Source of the DNA: Perna viridis
Taxonomy: Eukaryota
Reading direction: 5' to 3'
NCBI GenBank assembly: GCA_037379345.1
Contig: CM074511.1
Coordinates: forward strand, 53,264,862-53,328,861
DNA: 64,000 nt
Shown: one piece after another, positions 62,201 to 64,000 of the stretch
Layout of the letters: the number at the start of each line of letters is the position of its first letter
Numbering within the stretch: the stretch's first letter is position 1
Made by a program: the position numbers and the translations under genes
The notes under the pieces: model-generated
Databases searched by the model: none
Seen by the model: the letters and a program-made list of their open reading frames with translations, nothing else
Told to the model about the DNA's origin: nothing

Positions 62201-63847
62201 AATTGTAATAGGTTAGATTTGCTTTTGAATATGACTGATAGCAGTTTAGATTTTATTTGTATACAATTTATGTGTTCATTCTGCAGGCTAAGTTAAAGGA
62301 AGCAGTAGGACAAGCCAACAGTTTCAGTGATGATCTGAACAGATTCATAGCATGGTTAACTGACACAGAGAAAACATTGAACAACCTGAAACCAGTCAGT
62401 AGATTGTTAGAGAGGATAGCTGTACAGATAGAAGACCATAAGGTCAGTGTTGTCACATAATTGATCCTTCTGATAATGTCGAGTTAAAAAAAGAGATTTG
62501 TTTTGGAAAATACAGTCATGTTTTGAAATGTCCTTTAACTTGTTAGATTTGTTCTCTGGTGGCAACATTAATGATATAAATGCATCAATTTATTGGGTAT
62601 TATATACATGTAAATGTAAATGATATGATTCTAATTTAACTGTTTATTTAGTAGTACAATATAACTATGTTTTATATCAGGCTCTTCAAAAGGATGTGAG
62701 TAAGAACAGAGAGACAATGATAGCTCTAGATAAAACTGGTACCCATCTGAAATACTTCAGTCAAAAGCAGGATGTTATACTTATCAAAAACCTTCTGGCA
62801 AGTGTCCAACATCGGTGGGAGAAAATAGTCTCCAGAAGTGCTGAAAGAACTAGGCATCTGGAGAAAGGATACAAAGAAGCTAAGCATGTATGTTTACGAT
62901 TATTTTATTCTACTGTGCATGGACATGTTACTGTTATATCATTGTAATATAAAATGGGCAAATTTAATGTGGGGCTTTGTTTAAACATATTTATTAAGTA
63001 ATTTGCATATTTTAACATCAAGTCAAAACTTTAGAGGAAAATAAATTACACGATTCAGAAACAAGTCTTATATCAACCGTCTTCTGCAGGCTTACAACAC
63101 AGATAGGTTTGTTTCACATCTGGAAATGAACTGTTACTGTTCTGTCAAGAAGTATTGATTGAAATACGATGCCACTGGTAGTATTTGGCTTAGCTGTAGC
63201 CAAAATATAATATGTGGTTTAAAGAGCAAGCTTTTATGACTTTTCAAAGGACTTAAATAATTACTTATCACATATAATCTTCAAATAATGGAAAAAAATG
63301 TTTCAATATGTTTTTTTTTTTTTTTTAGTTTCATGCTATGTGGAAGGAGTTGTTAGATTGGTTGAAAGAAGCTGAAAAGATCTTAGATTCTCACCACCAA
63401 GTAGGAAATGATCCAATTAAAATTAAGGCAGAAATTGCTCAACATAAGGTATGGCTGCATTAGTAATAAAATAAACAATAATATGGAAATAGAAAATTAA
63501 AATTAATTTGTTGAATTAAAGTGATCTTCAAAATTAGATCTGATGAGCTTATACATGTATATTTTCCATTTCACTTTAAGTAATTATATTTTTGTATAAA
63601 CACATCTAACAAATCTGTGGAAAAAGTACTTGCTAAGCAAAGTACACTGACTCGTATATTTTTTTTTAAATAATTGAAAGGAATACCAACGTGGCCTTGG
63701 TACAAGACAGCCCCTGTATGACAGCATTAGCAGATCTGGTCGTACACTGAAGGATAAATGTCCTGCAGAAGATGTATTTGAAATACAGAAAATGTTGACT
63801 GATCTTAAAACTAAATGGAACACCGTCTGTAGCAAATCTGTTGACAG
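2132..63847 (+). CDS. MACF1: Spectraplakin (MACF1/dystonin/Short stop-like), partial multi-exon gene: CH2 end, plakin domain with SH3, plectin-repeat region, spectrin-repeat rod
   Basis: 64 GT-AG exons join in one frame. Hallmark motifs: [21 protein letters not shown] (CH2), [22 protein letters not shown] (SH3 end), DPxTG..S/LxEAxxxGL plectin repeats, [11 protein letters not shown] and [17 protein letters not shown] (MACF1/DST rod). An invertebrate gene would be co-orthologous to MACF1 and DST. Confidence 0.95.
2612..2731 (+). CDS. MACF1: Exon E2: plakin domain start
   Basis: ttcag|GAA...AGA|gtaagt; [20 protein letters not shown]; phase 0-0. Confidence 0.92.
3985..4069. repeat. 39-bp tandem duplication
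   Basis: TGAACATCGTGACAGAACATCACATATCTCTATCAGTTT x2. Confidence 0.9.
4203..4298 (+). CDS. MACF1: Exon E3: plakin domain
   Basis: ttcag|TCT...CAG|gtacat; [24 protein letters not shown] (frame not in ORF track); phase 0-0. Confidence 0.88.
4711..4841 (+). CDS. MACF1: Exon E4: plakin domain
   Basis: atcag|GGT...AG|gtcagt; [13 protein letters not shown]; phase 0-2. Confidence 0.9.
5343..5600 (+). CDS. MACF1: Exon E5: plakin domain
   Basis: ttcag|A CTG...AG|gtaaaa; [14 protein letters not shown]; phase 2-2. Confidence 0.92.
5954..6158 (+). CDS. MACF1: Exon E6: plakin domain
   Basis: tacag|G GTT...CAG|gtatgg; ...[15 protein letters not shown]; phase 2-0. Confidence 0.9.
6597..6725 (+). CDS. MACF1: Exon E7: plakin domain
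   Basis: tctag|GCT...GGG|gtaagt; [16 protein letters not shown]; phase 0-0. Confidence 0.9.
7143..7220 (+). CDS. MACF1: Exon E8: plakin domain
   Basis: tacag|AGA...TCT|gtaagt; [26 protein letters not shown]; phase 0-0. Confidence 0.88.
7590..7748 (+). CDS. MACF1: Exon E9: plakin domain
   Basis: tttag|AAA...AAG|gtacaa; [22 protein letters not shown]; phase 0-0. Confidence 0.9.
9097..9567 (+). CDS. MACF1: Exon E10: plakin domain to SH3 start
   Basis: tacag|AGT...AGG|gtaata; [25 protein letters not shown]...VQCLCTY; phase 0-0. Confidence 0.92.
10075..10137 (+). CDS. MACF1: Exon E11: SH3 domain
   Basis: tacag|GAA...AAG|gtttgt; [21 protein letters not shown]; phase 0-0. Confidence 0.88.
10625..11007. 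mobile_element. MITE, Tc1/mariner/pogo-type non-autonomous DNA transposon
   Basis: TIR CAGTGCAACCTCTGTAAACCGGCC / GGCTGGTTTATGGGGGTTCCACTG, flanking TA on both sides, internal CCGGTTTYCAGAGG-like subrepeats. Confidence 0.85.
11521..11612 (+). CDS. MACF1: Exon E12: SH3 end
   Basis: ttcag|GTG...AT|gtaagt; [25 protein letters not shown]; phase 0-2. Confidence 0.9.
12063..12295. mobile_element. Degraded interspersed repeat fragment, HINE/Helentron-like
   Basis: tccgtcagtctgtc microsatellite-like start followed by non-AT-rich sequence; family call is from resemblance only. Confidence 0.35.
12449..12563 (+). CDS. MACF1: Exon E13: plakin domain
   Basis: tttag|G CTA...CAG|gtaagc; LWKMRQ...IKNWDLKQ; phase 2-0. 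Confidence 0.9.
13015..13072. repeat. 27-bp tandem duplication
   Basis: AATAAATTCTTAACCCTGTGTAACAC x2. Confidence 0.85.
13472..13646 (+). CDS. MACF1: Exon E14: plakin domain
   Basis: ttcag|TTC...G|gtaaaa; [23 protein letters not shown]; phase 0-1. Confidence 0.9.
13898..14055 (+). CDS. MACF1: Exon E15: plakin domain
   Basis: tatag|AG TCC...AAG|gtaagt; [16 protein letters not shown]; phase 1-0. Confidence 0.88.
14532..14692 (+). CDS. MACF1: Exon E16: plakin domain
   Basis: catag|GTG...CG|gttagt; [15 protein letters not shown]; phase 0-2. Confidence 0.9.
14881..15040. repeat. Imperfect inverted repeat (hairpin), probably part of an interspersed element
   Basis: GAATTTCTCACATCGAGTGAAATATTTATAGTTTTGA ... 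TCAAACTATAAAATTTATTTCACAAGATGTGAGAATTC. Confidence 0.7.
15748..15886 (+). CDS. MACF1: Exon E17: plakin domain
   Basis: ctaag|A TTG...CAA|gtatgt; [25 protein letters not shown]; phase 2-0. Confidence 0.88.
16178..16368 (+). CDS. MACF1: Exon E18: plakin domain
   Basis: atcag|GAT...AG|gtattg; [21 protein letters not shown]; phase 0-2. Confidence 0.9.
16551..16880. mobile_element. Foldback/MITE with ~120-bp imperfect inverted arms
   Basis: AGAATAATGAATTAGTGAATAGCCACGTTTAAAAGGTAAAAAGGAAC... is mirrored by ...GTTCCTTTTTATCTTTTAAATGTGGCAATTGTTCACTTATTCATTATTCT. Confidence 0.75.
17000..17159 (+). CDS. MACF1: Exon E19: plakin domain
   Basis: tttag|G AGA...ATG|gtaaga; [12 protein letters not shown]; phase 2-0. 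Confidence 0.9.
17239..17447. mobile_element. ~210-bp MITE family A, copy 1
   Basis: TACTGTGAAAGTAC...GTACTTTCACTGTA ends; core CCACGAAATTTGGTT shared with copies at 53427 and 60404. Confidence 0.85.
17713..17796 (+). CDS. MACF1: Exon E20: plakin domain
   Basis: ttaag|GCT...AAG|gtaaaa; [16 protein letters not shown]; phase 0-0. Confidence 0.9.
18069..18113 (+). CDS. Candidate alternative first coding exon ([15 protein letters not shown]) splicing to E21
   Basis: ATG + 15 codons + consensus GTAAGT donor in phase 0; in-frame upstream TAA at 18012. Confidence 0.4.
19575..19796 (+). CDS. MACF1: Exon E21: plakin domain end
   Basis: tttag|ATT...AAG|gttagt; [13 protein letters not shown]...ELDDVNQHY; phase 0-0. 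Confidence 0.9.
20391..31475 (+). CDS. MACF1: Exon E22: giant plectin-repeat exon 1 (11,085 nt, 3,695 aa)
   Basis: tgttttccag|TTT...GAG|gtaaga; uninterrupted ORF with dozens of DPxTG..(L/I/V)xEA(I/V)xxG(L/I)(L/I)D plectin repeats and S/T-rich linkers; phase 0-0. Confidence 0.93.
33365..38467 (+). CDS. MACF1: Exon E23: giant plectin-repeat exon 2 (5,103 nt, 1,701 aa)
   Basis: ttttcag|ATG...AAG|gtagga; divergent acidic plectin repeats; phase 0-0. Confidence 0.88.
38481..40882 (+). promoter_or_regulatory. Intronic (T)GCATG cluster, putative RBFOX splicing elements
   Basis: GCATG at 38481, 38655, 38684, 39199, 39242; TGCATG at 38756, 38903, 39743, 40324, 40522, 40877. Confidence 0.55.
39300..39332 (+). 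CDS. Candidate 33-nt cassette microexon ([11 protein letters not shown])
   Basis: Two CTAAT branch-like motifs, ctctgtag acceptor and GTGAGT donor; only the phase-0 frame is open. Confidence 0.4.
41091..41237 (+). CDS. MACF1: Exon E24: start of spectrin-repeat rod
   Basis: ttcag|GGT...AAG|gtactg; [12 protein letters not shown]; phase 0-0. Confidence 0.9.
41478..41816 (+). CDS. MACF1: Exon E25: spectrin repeats
   Basis: tacag|GAT...ACT|gtaagt; phase 0-0. Confidence 0.9.
42048..42131 (+). CDS. MACF1: Exon E26: spectrin repeats
   Basis: tgcag|ACA...AAG|gtatgg; [24 protein letters not shown]; phase 0-0. Confidence 0.9.
42362..43672 (+). CDS. MACF1: Exon E27: several spectrin repeats
   Basis: tttag|CTC...CAG|gtattt; 437 codons with Trp-containing spectrin repeats; phase 0-0. 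Confidence 0.92.
43927..44050 (+). CDS. MACF1: Exon E28: spectrin repeat helix B and loop
   Basis: tccag|CCA...A|gtaagt; [15 protein letters not shown]; phase 0-1. Confidence 0.9.
44301..44459 (+). CDS. MACF1: Exon E29: Ser/Pro-rich loop insert
   Basis: tttag|GA...G|gtaatc; [19 protein letters not shown]...[17 protein letters not shown]; phase 1-1; frame not in ORF track. Confidence 0.85.
44936..45171 (+). CDS. MACF1: Exon E30: spectrin repeats
   Basis: tgtag|AA...GAG|gtaaat; [15 protein letters not shown]; phase 1-0. Confidence 0.9.
45365..45494 (+). CDS. MACF1: Exon E31: spectrin repeats
   Basis: tacag|ACA...G|gtaaat; phase 0-1. Confidence 0.88.
45669..46201 (+). CDS. MACF1: Exon E32: spectrin repeats
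   Basis: tgtag|AT...CAG|gttggt; [19 protein letters not shown]; phase 1-0. Confidence 0.92.
46476..46638 (+). CDS. MACF1: Exon E33: spectrin repeats
   Basis: aacag|TCT...G|gttggt; phase 0-1. Confidence 0.88.
46861..47027 (+). CDS. MACF1: Exon E34: spectrin repeats
   Basis: tttag|CT...AAG|gtatca; [10 protein letters not shown]; phase 1-0. Confidence 0.88.
47245..47574 (+). CDS. MACF1: Exon E35: spectrin repeats
   Basis: tttag|TTG...CAG|gtatag; phase 0-0. Confidence 0.9.
47747..47897 (+). CDS. MACF1: Exon E36: spectrin repeats
   Basis: ttcag|GCC...G|gtaagt; phase 0-1. Confidence 0.9.
48218..48387 (+). CDS. MACF1: Exon E37: spectrin repeats
   Basis: ttcag|CT...AAG|gtatgg; [11 protein letters not shown]; phase 1-0. 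Confidence 0.9.
48798..49004 (+). CDS. MACF1: Exon E38: spectrin repeats
   Basis: tatag|GCC...CAG|gttgac; phase 0-0. Confidence 0.88.
49444..49557 (+). CDS. MACF1: Exon E39: spectrin repeats
   Basis: tacag|GAA...GAT|gtaatt; [14 protein letters not shown]; phase 0-0. Confidence 0.88.
51160..51270 (+). CDS. MACF1: Exon E40: spectrin repeats
   Basis: tgtag|GAA...CCT|gttagt; [16 protein letters not shown]; phase 0-0. Confidence 0.82.
51400..52150. mobile_element. HINE/Helentron-like element with about 4 internal ~150-bp tandem units
   Basis: Recurrent ATACCACAAA..GATT..TTTGGGGGT..GACT..TTAGGGACC units near 51507, 51656, 51807, 51948; terminal segment also present alone at 57507. Confidence 0.6.
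52245..52457 (+). CDS. MACF1: Exon E41: spectrin repeats
   Basis: ttaag|ATG...AAG|gtacat; [19 protein letters not shown]; phase 0-0. Confidence 0.9.
52654..52815 (+). CDS. MACF1: Exon E42: spectrin repeats
   Basis: tacag|TTA...AAG|gtgagt; [19 protein letters not shown]; phase 0-0. Confidence 0.92.
53179..53349 (+). CDS. MACF1: Exon E43: spectrin repeats
   Basis: tatag|GTG...AAA|gtaagt; [18 protein letters not shown]...[11 protein letters not shown]; phase 0-0. Confidence 0.93.
53427..53636. mobile_element. MITE family A, copy 2
   Basis: TACTGTGAAAG...CTTTCACAGTA; same internal sequence as copy 1. Confidence 0.85.
53826..54152 (+). CDS. MACF1: Exon E44: spectrin repeat
   Basis: tatag|TTC...AAG|gtatac; 109 codons; phase 0-0. 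Confidence 0.92.
54359..54443 (+). CDS. MACF1: Exon E45: spectrin repeats
   Basis: tacag|GAT...G|gttagt; phase 0-1. Confidence 0.87.
54666..54889 (+). CDS. MACF1: Exon E46: spectrin repeats
   Basis: gttag|GT...CAG|gttagt; [10 protein letters not shown]; phase 1-0. Confidence 0.9.
55020..55233. mobile_element. MITE with perfect 16-bp termini, related TACTGT...ACAGTA family
   Basis: TACTGTAAACATATTA ... TAATATGTTTACAGTA. Confidence 0.75.
55462..55668 (+). CDS. MACF1: Exon E47: spectrin repeats
   Basis: gtcag|AAA...GAG|gtacgt; [13 protein letters not shown]; phase 0-0. Confidence 0.9.
56065..56184 (+). CDS. MACF1: Exon E48: spectrin repeats
   Basis: ttcag|ATT...AAG|gttatt; DMNDLLEWF; phase 0-0. 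Confidence 0.9.
56457..56783 (+). CDS. MACF1: Exon E49: spectrin repeat
   Basis: tgtag|GCC...AAG|gtatgc; 109 codons; phase 0-0. Confidence 0.92.
57077..57104. repeat. (ATTT)7 microsatellite
   Basis: Read directly from sequence. Confidence 0.85.
57256..57462 (+). CDS. MACF1: Exon E50: spectrin repeats
   Basis: tgaag|GTG...GAG|gtacat; [15 protein letters not shown]; phase 0-0. Confidence 0.9.
57507..57603. mobile_element. Solo terminal fragment of the 51.4-52.1 kb element
   Basis: AGCTGTATTAAGCT...CATACTT...CTGTTCAGGGTTCGACCT...TTGTATCAAGCTGC matches 52052-52146. Confidence 0.7.
57754..57873 (+). CDS. MACF1: Exon E51: spectrin repeats
   Basis: cacag|TTT...AAG|gtgaat; [14 protein letters not shown]; phase 0-0. 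Confidence 0.92.
58123..58231 (+). CDS. MACF1: Exon E52: spectrin repeats
   Basis: tgaag|GCA...G|gtgagt; phase 0-1. Confidence 0.9.
58465..58691 (+). CDS. MACF1: Exon E53: spectrin repeats
   Basis: taaag|AT...GAG|gtatgt; [11 protein letters not shown]; phase 1-0. Confidence 0.9.
58815..59115. repeat. Degraded two-unit (~150 bp) repeat, HINE-like
   Basis: TTTTTCTCAG...CAACTT...GTCTGT..CACTTCTACT..CTGTTTACCAACTT repeated twice. Confidence 0.55.
59226..59450 (+). CDS. MACF1: Exon E54: spectrin repeats
   Basis: tacag|GCT...ATG|gttact; [13 protein letters not shown]; phase 0-0. Confidence 0.9.
59649..59750 (+). CDS. MACF1: Exon E55: spectrin repeats
   Basis: tgcag|AAA...AAG|gtcagt; phase 0-0. 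Confidence 0.88.
59732..59915 (+). repeat. 93-bp tandem duplication spanning the E55 donor site
   Basis: ACAATGGAACCAGGTCAAG|GTCAGTATCATAA...TTTCAAATTGAGCTGATA at 59732 and 59825. Confidence 0.92.
60004..60174 (+). CDS. MACF1: Exon E56: spectrin repeats
   Basis: tgtag|GAA...GAG|gtatgt; [10 protein letters not shown]...[14 protein letters not shown]; phase 0-0. Confidence 0.9.
60404..60596. mobile_element. MITE family A, copy 3 (internal deletion, decayed left TIR)
   Basis: CCACGAAATTTGGTTCCCAACGAAAAGGAGATT...ACAGTA. Confidence 0.8.
60654..60809 (+). CDS. MACF1: Exon E57: spectrin repeats
   Basis: tgcag|AGA...AAG|gtattc; [14 protein letters not shown]...LEIELAKLK; phase 0-0. Confidence 0.92.
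61070..61264 (+). CDS. MACF1: Exon E58: spectrin repeats
   Basis: ttcag|GTA...GAG|gtaact; [16 protein letters not shown]; phase 0-0. Confidence 0.9.
61511..61639 (+). CDS. MACF1: Exon E59: spectrin repeats
   Basis: ttcag|GCA...ATG|gtaaga; [12 protein letters not shown]; phase 0-0. Confidence 0.93.
61829..61999 (+). CDS. MACF1: Exon E60: spectrin repeats
   Basis: cctag|AAT...AAG|gtaaca; phase 0-0. Confidence 0.9.
62287..62442 (+). CDS. MACF1: Exon E61: spectrin repeats
   Basis: tgcag|GCT...AAG|gtcagt; [20 protein letters not shown]; phase 0-0. Confidence 0.92.
62681..62887 (+). CDS. MACF1: Exon E62: spectrin repeats
   Basis: atcag|GCT...CAT|gtatgt; [24 protein letters not shown]; phase 0-0. 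Confidence 0.94.
63329..63448 (+). CDS. MACF1: Exon E63: spectrin repeats
   Basis: poly-T ag|TTT...AAG|gtatgg; [12 protein letters not shown]...GNDPIKIK; phase 0-0. Confidence 0.92.
63681..63847 (+). CDS. MACF1: Exon E64: spectrin repeats (gene continues past window)
   Basis: gaaag|GAA...AG|gtaaaa; [14 protein letters not shown]...[10 protein letters not shown]; phase 0-2. Confidence 0.9.
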
Positions 63848-64000
63848 GTAAAAATAATCCTTTTTATATGGTTAATTTCCTTATTTAAAGTTAAGGTTTT
63901 GGTTAATATACTAGCATTCTCTGTATAGTGTGAATACTTTACAATCAGAAATCATCACAACTGAGGAAATAACTTACCACAATACTTAAACTTGGCATTA

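Noticed and set aside
1663-63835. Short hydrophobic intronic ORFs (e.g. 8403, 39683, 50039, 57004) and HEIWFPTK ORFs
   Set aside because: Chance ORFs in T-rich intron or MITE sequence, with no coding signature.

Overview
AT-rich eukaryotic genomic DNA, probably from a lophotrochozoan or bivalve mollusc (inferred from intron style and repeat types, not verified). The whole window lies inside one + strand spectraplakin gene (MACF1/dystonin/Short stop/VAB-10 family). I reconstructed 64 GT-AG exons by hand with consistent splice phases (28,276 coding nt, about 9,400 aa). In order they encode the end of the CH2 actin-binding domain, the plakin domain with its SH3 insert (E1-E21), two tandem giant phase-0/0 plectin-repeat exons (11,085 nt and 5,103 nt), and a spectrin-repeat rod (E24-E64). 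The gene starts upstream and ends downstream of the window. The most interesting unexplained structure surrounds the giant exons: a dense (T)GCATG RBFOX-type motif cluster, a candidate 33-nt in-frame microexon, a candidate stop-introducing acceptor and a candidate internal first exon. Together these suggest a regulated isoform switch, which is inference and needs RNA data. Introns carry MITEs, foldback and HINE-like repeats and small tandem duplications. No RNA genes, CRISPR arrays or prokaryotic systems were seen.
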